63,965 nt of DNA, filler included, from Vicugna vicugna (GCA_013265495.1; 74 parts of 74 records of this genome joined end to end with filler, not necessarily neighbours in it), one strand, 5' to 3'; shown: positions 47,803 to 60,949, numbered from the whole stretch's first letter. Notes: generated by a model not told the origin, from the letters alone. Made by a program: numbers and translations.

Positions 47803-48571
47803 AAAGTTATTTTATGAAGTATGTAAGACTCTGTCTATGCCTCACATAGGCGGTCATCCATCATTTCTCACCTGTGCGGACTTACCACCTGAAATCACTC
47901 CTTTCTGCTTTTTAAAATCCCTTCATCTAATCCAGACTTTTCAACAGCAAAGAAGCAGCTCAACCACAGACAGTGGACAGTTTTTCACCAAATGGACTCG
48001 AACATCCCATCAGACAACCTGGAAGCCCTTTTCTTCTATTAAACCCACTTGCAGGTACTTCATCATTTTCTGATTGGTGGACTTGGCCTCTGAATGGCTT
48101 ACTCAGAGAGCTCCCAGCCTCACATCCGGAGGTGGGAGAGGACCCCGCTGTTGGGGGAAATCAGTGCGGTTGGTGGAAATCCTCCAGCCAGGTCTGCTCA
48201 GGTTGAAGTGCCACAACGTGCTCAGAAATCATAACGTCAGCACCCCTGGGCTCCCATGGACTGGTTTCACATTAACCAAACTCATCACACACTGATGAAA
48301 GAAAACCAGAAACTTAACTTACTAATGTAACAGAAGATGTGAAACTGAACCAGACTGAAATATCAGAGTTCAAAGAGTACATTTTGTCCTCCACCGCCCA
48401 ATCACGGGCAGGCAGTCACATGCAACCATGGACAGAAGCAGAGCAGGAAGGGATTCTAGATTAACTCAATGGACTAAATTTCTGTTAAAAGAACAGATAT
48501 ACTGCCTGGAAAACAATTAACGCCAGTCACAGTGCACTTTCCATAGACAGTGGCCGAGATACGACTATGAG
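47803..48571 (+). repeat. Low-copy segment H, second copy
   Basis: 47803-48196 matches 31812-32196. Confidence 0.85.
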
Positions 48572-48671
48572 NNNNNNNNNNNNNNNNNNNNNNNNNNNNN
48601 NNNNNNNNNNNNNNNTTAATTAATTAANNNNNNNNNNNNNNNNNNNNNNNNNNNNNNNNNNNNNNNNNNNN

Positions 48672-49300
48672 TTATCAGACAAATGCAAATCAAAATCACA
48701 ATGAGATATCACTTCACGCCTGTCAGAATGGCTATCATCAAAAAGTCTACGAATAACAAATTTTGGTGAGGATGTGGAGAAATGGGAACACTAGATGAAG
48801 GGATAAAGAATTTGTAGTATGTATGTATGTATGTCCGTGTGTGTATATATATGCTGTAGAATATTGCTCAGCCATAAAAAGAATAAAATTCTGCCATTTA
48901 CAACAGTGTGGATGGACCTAGAGAGTATTATGCTTAGTGAAATAAATCAGAGAGAGAAAAAAAGCATGTTGTATAGTTGTATATTTTACACATACAATAT
49001 AAAAAAATAAACAAATAAAATACACAACAAAGTAGAAACAGACTCACAGATATATAGAATGAAGTAGTGGTTACCAGTGGGGAGAGGGAAGAGGGGAGGG
49101 ATACAACAGAGATCTGGGATTAAGAGATGCAAACTACTATACATAAAATAAACAAGCAACAAGGATATATTGTACAGCAGGGAAATATAGCCATTATTTT
49201 ATAATAACTTTAAATGGAATAATCTATAAAAATATTGAACCACCATGTTGAACTGAAACTAACATAATATTGCAAATTGACTATATTTCAATTAAAAAAA
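48672..49300 (+). mobile_element. LINE-1 3' end with internal deletion
   Basis: AAATGCAAATCAAAATCACAATGAGATATCAC..TGGATGGACCTAGAGAGTATTATGCTTAGTGAAATAA..CAATTAAAAAAA. Confidence 0.9.
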
Positions 49301-49452
49301 TAAGAGCATGAGTCTTATTCATGAATGTTTCACCCTCATGACCCAATCACTCCCCAAAGGTACTGTTTAAAATTCCATCATAATCGGGGCAGGGTGGGTA
49401 GGATTTCAACTACTGAGTCTGGAGGTGGCACATGAACGTTCAGTCTGTAGCA
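49301..49452. mobile_element. MaLR (MLT/MST-like) LTR fragment
   Basis: CCCTCATGACCCAATCACTCCCCAAAGG..TAGGATTTCAAC..TTCAGTCTGTAGCA terminal motif. Confidence 0.65.
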
Positions 49453-49578
49453 GAGGCTGAGGGGAAGGAGGTGGGTTCNNNNNNNNNNNNNNNNNNNNNN
49501 NNNNNNNNNNNNNNNNNNNNNNTTAATTAATTAANNNNNNNNNNNNNNNNNNNNNNNNNNNNNNNNNNNNNNNNNNNN

Positions 49579-50454
49579 AATATAGAATACAGATTGCTGT
49601 ATATAGAATTTAGATTATAGAACTTAGAACACAGAATATAGAATAAAGGATAGAAAATATTGAACATAGAATTGAGAACATGGAATGCAGAACACAGAAT
49701 TTAGAATATACAATACAGAATACTGAATATAGAATTTAGAATATAGAATGTAGAAAAAAGAATTTATAATATAGAATACGGAATGCAGTTTATTGAATTT
49801 AGACTATAGAATGAAGAACAAAGAATATAGAATATCGAATAGAGAATATAGAACCCAGAAATTAGAACATGGAATTCAGAAAACAGAAAATATAGAATAC
49901 AGAACACTGAATATAGAATTTAGAATATAGAATGTAGAGCACAGAATATAGAATATAGAACACAGAACACAGAATATAGAACTTGGAATGCAGTACACAA
50001 AATATTGTATATAGAATACAGTATACAGAACCCAGAATTTAGAATATGGAATGCAGAACACAGAATTAGGATACAGAATACAGAATACTGAACATTAAAT
50101 TTAGAGAACAGAATGTAGAACACAGTATATAGAATATAGAACACGGAAAGCAGAATATAGTATGTAGAATATAGAATGAAGAACACAAAATAAAAAATAA
50201 AGAATAGAGAACATAGAATTTAGAACATGGAAGGCAGAACACAGAATATAGAATATATTATACAGAATATAGAATCTAGTATACAAAATGTATAACACAT
50301 AATATAGAATATCGAATACAGATACAGAAACTAGATTTCAGGACATTCAGTTCAGAACACAGAATATAGAATATAGAATACAGAATACAGAACCCAGAAT
50401 TTACAACAGGTAATTCAGAACACAGAATTTAGAATATAGAATACAGAATATAGA
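49579..50454 (-). repeat. Satellite E
   Basis: (TAGAATA/CAGAACA)n. Confidence 0.92.
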
Positions 50455-50801
50455 NNNNNNNNNNNNNNNNNNNNNNNNNNNNNNNNNNNNNNNNNNNNTT
50501 AATTAATTAANNNNNNNNNNNNNNNNNNNNNNNNNNNNNNNNNNNNNNNNNNNNGGTTATTAAATAAAAGGGAGAGCAATAAAGCAAGGAGAAAATGAGA
50601 AGGGATGGCCACTTTTGATATGGTGGCCAGAGAGACTCTCAAAGAGCAACAACATATGTGCAGAAGCCTGAAGGATTTCCAAGATGAAGCCATGTAAATA
50701 TCTACAAAAAGACACCAGGATCAGAGAAAACGTGGCTGAGCTGAAGGACAATAAAGGGGTGAGGGAGGCTGGGAGGGAAGCAGAGGATGAAGGCAGAGAG
50801 G

Positions 50802-51449
50802 AAGAGATAGAGAGTGACTGTGTCATCACACTGACCCCTGCTGGCCGTATATCGTTAATTTTGGGACCAGGAATGGATCCCTCATGTTCCATTCAAAGCT
50901 GTTCAGCTCCTTTGAGTGCTCATCCTCATCCTCTCTTTCTTCCTCAAGGACGTTACACTAGAATTTCTCTCCTCTCTCTCCTATGTTGTTTCACCTTTGA
51001 TGTTAGTTCACTCTCATCACCAAACATGTTACAATGTCTTCTATTATGGAAAAAAAATCTAGATTTTTCCACCTACTTCCAACTATCACTCTATTTATTG
51101 CTCATTTGAGAGCAGATGTTTGTGAAATGACTGTCTGTTCTCTTGGTCTCCGATGATTCACTCCCCACTTACACTTACACTCCCATTGGACTCAAAGAGA
51201 TAGAGAGTGACTGTGTCATCACACTGACCCCTGCTGGCCGTATATCGTTAATTTTGGGACCAGGAATGGATCCCTCATGTTCCATTCAAAGCTGTTCAGC
51301 TCCTTTGAGTGCTCATCCTCATCCTCTCTTTCTTCCTCAAGGACGTTACACTAGAATTTCTCTCCTCTCTCTCCTATGTTGTTTCACCTTTGATGTTAGT
51401 TCACTCTCATCACCAAACATGTTACAATGTCTTCTATTATGGAAAAAAA
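50802..51449 (+). repeat. Identical ~255-bp direct repeat, 393 bp apart
   Basis: 50802-51056 equals 51195-51449; no mismatch seen. Confidence 0.9.
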
Positions 51450-51549
51450 NNNNNNNNNNNNNNNNNNNNNNNNNNNNNNNNNNNNNNNNNNNNTTAATTA
51501 ATTAANNNNNNNNNNNNNNNNNNNNNNNNNNNNNNNNNNNNNNNNNNNN

Positions 51550-52009
51550 TATTTATACAATGGAATACTACTCAGCCATAAAAATGAATAAAATGCCATT
51601 TGCAGCAAAATGGATGGCCCTGGAGAATGTTTTCACTTACTAAGTGAAGTAAGCCAGAAAGAGAAAGAAAAATACCATATGATGTAACTCATATGTGGAA
51701 TCTAAAAAAAAAAAAAAGACATAAATGAACTTATTTACAAAAACAGAAATAGACTCACAGACAGAAAACAAACTTAATGGTTACCTGGAGGGAAAGGGTG
51801 TGGGAAGGGATAAATTGAGAGCTTGAGATTTGCAGATACTAACCACTTTTTATAAAATAGATATACAACAAGTTTCTTCTGTATAGCACAGGTAACTATA
51901 TTCAATATCTTGTAGTTACCTATGATGAAAAAGAATATGAAAACAAATATATGTATGTATACGGATGACTGAAACATTATGCTGTACACCAGAAACTGAC
52001 ACAACAGTG
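51550..52009 (+). mobile_element. LINE-1 3' end
   Basis: ATACAATGGAATACTACTCAGCCATAAAA..GTATAGCACAGGTAACTATATTCAATATCTTG. Confidence 0.92.
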
Positions 52010-52336
52010 NNNNNNNNNNNNNNNNNNNNNNNNNNNNNNNNNNNNNNNNNNNNTTAATTAATTAANNNNNNNNNNNNNNNNNNNNNNNNNNNNNNNNNNN
52101 NNNNNNNNNATCCTATATGTTTAATTTTAACTGGATGAATGAGAATAAACACTGTCTGAATGTTACAATTGAGTTGCTAGGAGACCAGTCTTTTTGTGAT
52201 GTCACAGCTACTCAGGTTGAGAACCATAGTGATGGCCTAGCAGTTTATCTGTGCAGCCCTGCCAAAGCAGCATTTGAATCTGCAGTGTTCAAAATCATGC
52301 AGATTAGAAAAATAGCTGTGGAAAAAGTTATATTAA

Positions 52337-52857
52337 ATGGCACATGTTTCCTCAGAAATTCAAGATGTGTCTCATAAATTTGGAGCAACTGGTTCAGGAA
52401 ATTCTGGTAGATCTCTATTGTGTGATCAAACATTCTCTGAGGACTTGGACTTGAGGTCTAGACTTGAGGTATTGAAGAAAATGCTTTTCAGAATTTGTCT
52501 GAAGAATCCTTGATAAAAACGCCATGTTACACACATTGTGTCTCTGAACCAGATGACAATAATGATTTTCGTTCTCTGACGTTTCCAGGAAAATTCTGGA
52601 AAATGGCTGGGAATGACCAATATAAATCCATCTGGTGGGATGATAATGGAGCTTCAATAGTGATTAATGAAGATGTCTTGAAGAAGGAAGTTTTGGACAG
52701 AAAGACCCCTTTCAGAATATTTGAAACTGGAAGTATGAAAAGTTCAGTTAGACAGCTTAAACTTTCCTGGTTTAGTAAAGTGTGGCAGAATTTTCAAAGA
52801 TCTGTATGTCTAGCAGACTTTCTGGCAGAAGGAAAAATAGTCTCTGTTTAAAGCAAG
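52337..52857 (+). pseudogene. HSFY: HSFY exon 1 pseudogene (HSF DNA-binding domain)
   Basis: ATG 52337 reads MAHVSSEIQDVSHK..LCDQTFSEDLDLRS, frameshifts at a duplicated GACTTGAGGT (~52448-52470), then CVSEPDDNNDFRSLTFPGKFWKM..DQYKSIWWDDNG..IVINEDVLKKEVL..SSVRQLKL..QNFQRS. Premature TAA at 52849-52851; AT instead of GT at the expected donor (52858). Confidence 0.92.
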
Positions 52858-53003
52858 ATATTCAGAAACTTTAGTTACCACTTGGTAACTTATATATAAA
52901 AGTNNNNNNNNNNNNNNNNNNNNNNNNNNNNNNNNNNNNNNNNNNNNTTAATTAATTAANNNNNNNNNNNNNNNNNNNNNNNNNNNNNNNNNNNNNNNNN
53001 NNN

Positions 53004-53427
53004 GTACCCAGGTTGGGGATGTAGTTAAACACTTCCACTTCTCATAGACAGGAACACGCTATTACTTTTGTTTAGTGTACAACCCCACCTTTGCTCACAG
53101 CCCGGCCTATGGAAACACTCAGGGAAGTCAAGCCAAGTGATTCTATTAGATCGCAGGTGTGCTGTCAGTTGGAGGAGCCTCCCCACACTCAGGATACCAG
53201 AACAATTCTTCATGTGTGTCCTGGAGGAGGGGAAACAAAGTCCACGTTAATTTATTGGATCACAGGTGTTCCCAGGTTGGGGATATAGGTAAACTCTTCC
53301 ACTGCTCATAAGAGAGGCACATTACATTGATTGAGTGACCAACCCCGCCTTAACTCACATCGCGGCCATAGGAAACAATCTAGGATGTCAATCCAAGAGA
53401 TTCTATTAGATCCCAGGTGCTGCTGTC
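53004..53427 (-). repeat. Satellite B (opposite orientation)
   Basis: GCTGTCAGTTGGAGGAGCCTCCCCACACTCAGGAT; CACAGGTGTTCCC. Confidence 0.88.
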
Positions 53428-53527
53428 NNNNNNNNNNNNNNNNNNNNNNNNNNNNNNNNNNNNNNNNNNNNTTAATTAATTAANNNNNNNNNNNNNNNNN
53501 NNNNNNNNNNNNNNNNNNNNNNNNNNN

Positions 53528-54028
53528 GGAGCGATTTCCAACTAACAGATATGTAATTTACATGAATTTCATGAACATGGCATTCCGGGTTCTGTACATG
53601 CTAATGCATGATGGATTCGGCAAACATGCGTTTCTGAGTTGTGAGCACGTGGATTACTGACCTTTCATCCACCAAACAAGGCATATATACACTTAGAAAT
53701 ATTTACTCTGACTTCATAGGTTTTTTTTAACACCAGGTTCTAAAATCGAACATTTGGCATCAGAAAACACTCTTNNNNNNNNNNNNNNNNNNNNNNNNNN
53801 NNNNNNNNNNNNNNNNNNNNNNNNNNNNNNNNNNNNNNNNNNNNNNNNNNNATGCAACACTCTCAAACATGCATGTCTGAGTTGTGAACATGCGCATGAC
53901 TGATATTTCAACTACCAAAATATTTACCAATAAGTTTGAAATATTTATTTTGTCTTCGTATCTCCGTCCTATCACCAGTTTGAAGAATCAAATTTTGATC
54001 CCAGAAAAACTCTCTTGGAGCATATTTT
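53528..54028 (-). repeat. Satellite D
   Basis: Reverse complement of D subunits. Confidence 0.9.
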
Positions 54029-54213
54029 NNNNNNNNNNNNNNNNNNNNNNNNNNNNNNNNNNNNNNNNNNNNTTAATTAATTAANNNNNNNNNNNNNNNN
54101 NNNNNNNNNNNNNNNNNNNNNNNNNNNNTAAAATTTTCAAAGGCTTTGAATTATAATTCTGGAAGGAGCAAAGCTCAAATGTATATAACTACAGTTAGAA
54201 ATACAGTATTTAA

Positions 54214-54510
54214 CAGGACAGAAATAGACTCATGGACAGAGAATACAGACTTGTGGTTACCGGGGTGGGGGGTAGAGGGTGGGAAGGGATAGACTGGGAT
54301 TTCAAAATTGTAGAATAGATAAACAAGATTACACTNNNNNNNNNNNNNNNNNNNNNNNNNNNNNNNNNNNNNNNNNNNNNNNNNNNNNNNNNNNNNNNNN
54401 NNNNNNNNNNNNNNNNNNNNNNCCATGAATGACTGAAAAATTGTGCTGAACACTGGAATTTGACACAACACTGTAAAATGATTATGAATCAATAAAAAAT
54501 GAAAAAAAAA
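54214..54510 (+). mobile_element. 5'-truncated LINE-1 insertion with poly(A) and 17-bp TSD
   Basis: AGAAATACAGTATTTAA (54197-54213) and AGAATTACAGTATTTAA (54511-54527) flank an L1 3'UTR. Confidence 0.9.
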
Positions 54511-54730
54511 AGAATTACAGTATTTAAAACACAACCAAGAGGAAAGAGAATATCTTCTATGAGACTTTTTAAAGACCAATATTCAGGTTAGCTCTTTTTA
54601 AGGTAACAAAATAAAATTCAAAACTATTTANNNNNNNNNNNNNNNNNNNNNNNNNNNNNNNNNNNNNNNNNNNNTTAATTAATTAANNNNNNNNNNNNNN
54701 NNNNNNNNNNNNNNNNNNNNNNNNNNNNNN

Positions 54731-55214
54731 CTAAGTAAATATTTCAAAGTGCATAGGTAACGTTTTTGGTGGTTGGAACATCTGCAATGTGCATGTTCAC
54801 AGCTCAAAAATTTATGTTTGAGGAATCCGTGATGCATGAAACATGTTCGGAATACGGAAAGCCATGGTTATGTAAACAATGTAAATTACATGTGTATTGG
54901 TGAGAATTCGCTCAAAGAGTGTTTTCTAGTGCCAAATGTCCGATTTTAGAAACTAGTGNNNNNNNNNNNNNNNNNNNNNNNNNNNNNNNNNNNNNNNNNN
55001 NNNNNNNNNNNNNNNNNNNNNNNNNNNNNNNNNNNNNNNNNNNNNNNNNNNNNNNNNNNNNNNNNNNNNNNNNNNNNNNNNNNNNNNNNNNNNNNNNNNN
55101 NNNNNNNNNNNNNNNNNNNNNNNNNNNNNNNNNNNNNNNNNNNNNNNNNNNNNNNNNNNNNNNNAATTCTTCTGTGAAAAATGCACGAATTCTAAACTGG
55201 TGTTATGGAAAGCT
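54731..55214 (+). repeat. Satellite D
   Basis: GAGGAATCCGTGATGCATGAAACATGTTCG motif. Confidence 0.92.
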
Positions 55215-55314
55215 NNNNNNNNNNNNNNNNNNNNNNNNNNNNNNNNNNNNNNNNNNNNTTAATTAATTAANNNNNNNNNNNNNNNNNNNNNNNNNNNNNN
55301 NNNNNNNNNNNNNN

Positions 55315-56062
55315 CATCTCAGTAGATGCAGAAAAAGCAATTGTTTACATTTAACACTTCTTTGCAATGAAAATTCTTATCACAGTGGGCATAGAGGGAC
55401 CATATCTCAACATAATGAAACCTATTTATGACAAATATATAGCCAGCATAATAATGGTGAGAACAAAACTGGAACTCTTGCCACAAAAACCTGAGACAAG
55501 ACAAGGATGCCCATTCTCACAATTTCAAATCAATACACTCTTGGAATTCCTAGCCACAACTATCAGGCAAGAAAAAGAAATAAAAGGATTCAGACTGGAA
55601 AAGAAGATGTAAAATTGTCACGATATGCAGACATATGACACTATATATATAAATTGTAAAAGCTTCACAAAGAATACATAGGCTAAAAAAGGAAATAGGC
55701 AAGGTAGCCAGAATGATGTACAAAAACCAATTACATTTCTTTACACTACCATTGAATCAAGAGGAAAACAAAGTATAGTAACAACCTCTTTTATAACTGC
55801 ACACAAATTTATAAAATGCTTAAGAATAGCTCAGACCAAGGAGGTGAATGAATTGTACATGGAGAACAAGAAAACATTGATTGAGGAAATCAAGAAAGAT
55901 TTGAAGAATTGAAGAGATACCCAAAGGTCTCGTAATGGAAGAAATAATATTGTTAAAATGGACATACTACCCAAGGCAATCCACAGAATTAATATGAGTT
56001 CCTATCAAATTATTAAAAACATTTCTTTTTAGGACTGAACTAATGATCATAAGAATTATATA
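55315..56062 (+). mobile_element. LINE-1 ORF2 RT fragment, degraded
   Basis: VGIEGPYLNIMKPIYDK..TRQGCPFS..LLEFLATTIRQEKEIKG. Confidence 0.93.
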
Positions 56063-56162
56063 NNNNNNNNNNNNNNNNNNNNNNNNNNNNNNNNNNNNNN
56101 NNNNNNTTAATTAATTAANNNNNNNNNNNNNNNNNNNNNNNNNNNNNNNNNNNNNNNNNNNN

Positions 56163-56594
56163 GAAACTTTGTGTTCCCAACAAGCTAGGTGAAGGACGGA
56201 TTTCATGCATGCCTAACTCTCAGAAATGAGGATGTTGAGAGACTTTCGTTCATCTAGCACAAATTTAACGGGTTACAGGCTAAACACTCACTCTGGCTTC
56301 CCCGTGTGTTTCCTAGAGCCGGTTTGAACATTCTGCAATTTTCACTGTAAAATAGACTTGGAGCTTGTCCCTCCCCATATATATGTGTGGAGTGGAGTTT
56401 GCAACTGAAGAGAAACTTTGTGTTCCCAACAAGCTAGGTGAAGGACGGCTTTCACACACGCTTAACTCTCAGAACTCAGCATTTGGAGAGACGTTCGTTC
56501 ATCTAGCAGAAATGGAACGGGTTGCAGGAGCAACATTCACAATCTGGGCTCTCAGTGTGTTTCCTAATGCGGCTTAGAAGTTTCTGCAGTTTGC
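56163..56594 (+). repeat. Satellite C, variant subfamily
   Basis: GAAACTTTGTGTTCCCAACAAGCTAGG at 56163 and 56412 (249 bp). Confidence 0.93.
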
Positions 56595-56694
56595 NNNNNN
56601 NNNNNNNNNNNNNNNNNNNNNNNNNNNNNNNNNNNNNNTTAATTAATTAANNNNNNNNNNNNNNNNNNNNNNNNNNNNNNNNNNNNNNNNNNNN

Positions 56695-57822
56695 TCTGTG
56701 TTCTACATTCTATATTCTAAATTGTATATTCTGGATTCTCTATTCTATATTATATTTTTGTTTTTTCTTTCCATGTTCTAAATTCTAGGTTCTATATTCT
56801 CTGTTCTACATTCTATATTCTGTGTTCTACATTCTATATTCTAAATTCTATATTCAGTATTCTGTATTCTATATTCTAAATTCTGTGTTCTGCATTAAAA
56901 ATTTTATATTCTCTATTCAGTATCCTGTATTTTATATTTTATATTCTGGGTTCTACATTCTATATTCTAAATTCTGGATTCAGAATTCTTTATTCTAAAT
57001 TCTAAATTCTATCAGCATTCCATGTTCTAAATTCTGTGTTCTCTATTCTCTGTTCTCTATTCTATATTGTGTGTTCTTCATTCTATGCTCTACATACTTT
57101 ATTTTGCATTCCGTATTCTATATTCAAAATTCTGAGTTCTAAATTCTAAATTCTAAATTCTATATTCAGTATTCTGTTTTCTATATTCTAAATTCTTTGT
57201 TCTGCATTCCATGTTCTATTTTGTATTTTCAGTATTCTATATTCTATATTCTAAATTCTATGTTCTGCATTCCATTTTCTGAATTCTATATTTAGTATTC
57301 TGAATTATATATTCTAAATTCTGTGTTTGCATTCCATGTTCTAAATTCTGGATTCTATATTTTCTATTCTATATTGTATANNNNNNNNNNNNNNNNNNNN
57401 NNNNNNNNNNNNNNNNNNNNNNNNNNNNNNNNNNNNNNNNNNNNNNNNNNNNNNNNNNNNNNNNNNNNNNNNNNNNNNNNNNNNNNNNNNNNNNNNNNNN
57501 NNNNNNNNNNNNNNNNNNNNNNNNNNNNNNNNNNNNNNNNNNNNNNNNNNNNNNNNNNNNNNNNNNNNNNNNNNNNNNNNNNNNNNNNNNNNNNNNNNNN
57601 NNNNNNNNNNNNNNNNNNNNNNNNNNNNNNNNNNNNNNNNNTGTGTTGTGCATTCCAAGTTCTTAATTCTATATACAGAATTCTGTATTCTATATTCTAA
57701 ATTCAGTGTTCTACATTCTATATTCCAAATTCTATATTCAGAATTCTGAATTCTATATATTAAATTATGTGTTCAGAATTCCATTTCTAAATTAACGGTT
57801 GTATATTCTCTTTTATATATTC
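56695..57822 (+). repeat. Satellite E
   Basis: Heptamer periodicity. Confidence 0.92.
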
Positions 57823-57922
57823 NNNNNNNNNNNNNNNNNNNNNNNNNNNNNNNNNNNNNNNNNNNNTTAATTAATTAANNNNNNNNNNNNNNNNNNNNNN
57901 NNNNNNNNNNNNNNNNNNNNNN

Positions 57923-59342
57923 CCAAATGTCCGATTTTAAATCCTGGTGATTGAAAAAACCTATGAATCAGTGTAAATATTCCTAAGTGTTTATATGTCT
58001 TGTTTGGTGGATGAAAGATCATTAACACATGCTCACAAGTCAGAAACGTATGTTTCCCGAATCCGTCATGCATGTATCATGTACGGAACCCGGAATGCCA
58101 TGTTGATTGAATACATGTAAATTACATATCTGTTAGGTGGAAATCACTCTAGAAGTATTTTTCTGTGAAAAATGCACGAATTCGAACCTGGTGNNNNNNN
58201 NNNNNNNNNNNNNNNNNNNNNNNNNNNNNNNNNNNNNNNNNNNNNNNNNNNNNNNNNNNNNNNNNNNNNNNNNNNNNNNNNNNNNNNNNNNNNNNNNNNN
58301 NNNNNNNNNNNNNNNNNNNNNNNNNNNNNNNNNNNNNNNNNNNNNNNNNNNNNNNNNNNNNNNNNNNNNNNNNNNNNNNNNNNNNNNNNNNNNNNNNNNN
58401 NNNNNNNNNNNNNNNNNNNNNNNNNNNNNNNNNNNNNNNNNNNNNNNNNNNNNNNNNNNNNNNNNNNNNNNNNNNNNNNNNNNNNNNNNNNNNNNNNNNN
58501 NNNNNNNNNNNNNNNNNNNNNNNNNNNNNNCAGTCATGCGCATGTTCACAACTCAGAAATGCATGTTTGAGGAATCCGTGCTGCATGAAACATGTTCGGA
58601 ATACGGAACGCCACGGTTATGTAAACAATGTAAATTACAATTATATTGGTGAGATTTAGCTCAAAGAGTATATTATGGTGAGAAATGTCCGATTTTAAAA
58701 CCTGGTGATAGATAAAACCTATGAAGTCACAGTAAATATTTCTAAGTGTATACATGCCTTGTTTGGTGGATGAAAGTTCACTAATCCACATGCTCACAAC
58801 TCAGAATCTCATGTTTGTAGATTCCGTCAAGTATGTATCATGTACGGATTCCGGAATGCCATGTTGATGGAATACATGTAAATTACATATCTGTTAGGTG
58901 GAAATCGCTCCAGAAGTATTTTTCGGTGAAAAACAGTAATCCACATCAACTCAGGAATGCATGTTTGTCGAATCCGTCATATATGTAGCATGTACGGAAC
59001 ACGGAATTTCATGTTGATGGAATCTATTCAAATTAAATATTTCTATTGTAGAATTGAATTNNNNNNNNNNNNNNNNNNNNNNNNNNNNNNNNNNNNNNNN
59101 NNNNNNNNNNNNNNNNNNNNNNNNNNNNNNNNNNNNNNNNNNNNNNNNNNNNNNNNNNNNNNNNNNNNNNNNNNNNNNNNNNNNNNNNNNNNNNNNNNNN
59201 NNNNNNNNNNNNNNATAGGAAGAAGAAGTCAAGGTAAATAATTCAAAGTGCATAGGTAACTTGTTTGGTGGTTGAAACATGAGTCATGCACATTTTCATA
59301 ACTCAGAAATGCATGTTTGAGTTATCCGTGTTGCGTTGCATG
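57923..59342 (+). repeat. Satellite D, with a ~100-bp deletion variant near 58933
   Basis: AACTCAG at 58550, 58798 (+248) and 58948 (+150). Confidence 0.92.
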
Positions 59343-59442
59343 NNNNNNNNNNNNNNNNNNNNNNNNNNNNNNNNNNNNNNNNNNNNTTAATTAATTAANN
59401 NNNNNNNNNNNNNNNNNNNNNNNNNNNNNNNNNNNNNNNNNN

Positions 59443-60000
59443 CATGTTCTAAATTCTGTATTCAGTATTCTGTATTCTATATACTAATTTCTCTGTACTG
59501 CATTCCAAGTTCTAAATTCTAAATCCAGAATTCTGTATTCTATATTCTAAATTCTGTGTTCAGCATTCCATTTCTAAATTAAGGGTTCTAAATTCTCTTA
59601 TATATATTATATATTTTGTGTTCTTCATTCGATATTCCAAATTCTATATTATGCATTTCGTATTCCATATTGTATAAATAATCTGTGTTCTATATTCTAT
59701 ATACTAAATTTTATATTCAGTATTCTGTATACTATATTCTAAATTCCTGTTCTGCATTCAATGTTCTAAATTCTGGATTCTCTATTCTCTAATCTATATT
59801 TTATATTCTGTGCTCTACATTCTATATTCTAAATTCTATATGCAGAATTATGTATTCTATATTCGAAATTCTGTGTTAATCATTCCATGTTCTAAATTTT
59901 ATATTCAGTATTCTTTATTCTATATTCTGAATTCCGTGTTCTGCATTTTATGTTATAAATTCTGTGTTCTATATTCTCTATTCTATATTCTGTGTTCTAT
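59443..60000 (+). repeat. Satellite E
   Basis: Heptamer periodicity. Confidence 0.92.
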
Positions 60001-60949
60001 NNNNNNNNNNNNNNNNNNNNNNNNNNNNNNNNNNNNNNNNNNNNTTAATTAATTAANNNNNNNNNNNNNNNNNNNNNNNNNNNNNNNNNNNNNNNNNNNN
60101 GCAGCTGTGCTCGGGCTGCCCACACGCGTCATTTACACCTCAAAGCACTGCTACGGGGGGGGGACGCCTAGCGAGCCCCATCTCTACAGGACCAAAAACA
60201 AGTCCGGGAAAGGATAAGCCGACCTACCAGTTCTCCATCTCACAAGACTGGTCACTCCAGAGCAGGAATCGAACTCAAACCCACATTTGCAACCAAAAAA
60301 AGTACTACCGTACTTCATGTGCTTTTTGTGTGCATAATACATTTGTTTTTGGCATGAAAGGATATTTAATAAATGATCGGTTGTCTTCTCTATCCAATTA
60401 GCTCACAATCTTTATATTTTTGAATTGTACACTTTTCCCCTGGAGAAAGGAATGGAAAGAGCAGGGGTCAGAATAAGGTGGGGCTCCATTCTTTAACTGT
60501 TACCTCATCTCATTCAAGTCCTGAACCAGGGAGGAGTAAATGTTCTCTTCATCTTTTAAAGAGAGTGCTCCACTGATGGTGACTTACTCAACTCCAAAAC
60601 CAAGTTTGGGGGAAGGTTGCATGCAGCAACCAGAGCAGTATCACCTGTAGGTAGGTGAAAAGAGCTCAGGGGATGGCTCAGGGGGTCAGCCTGATTTAAT
60701 TTGAATCTATAAAAGAATACCACAGTCTAAAAATACTAGCATGCAATGTATTTGCTCTTTCCTGATTATCTAACAAGTTTCCACAGCCCACATGTAACAT
60801 TATTGTAAACTAGTGTAAGGAAGAGTCCACAGACAGGGAAAATCAATGCNNNNNNNNNNNNNNNNNNNNNNNNNNNNNNNNNNNNNNNNNNNNTTAATTA
60901 ATTAANNNNNNNNNNNNNNNNNNNNNNNNNNNNNNNNNNNNNNNNNNNN

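Noticed and set aside
50802..51449. Exact direct repeat as LTR pair or gene duplication
   Set aside because: Identical, runs to the contig end and lacks LTR termini or TSD; most likely an assembly artefact.
60255..60290. Pol III B-box (GAGTTCGATTCC, minus strand) as an ncRNA gene
   Set aside because: No A box, cloverleaf or recognisable RNA family nearby.
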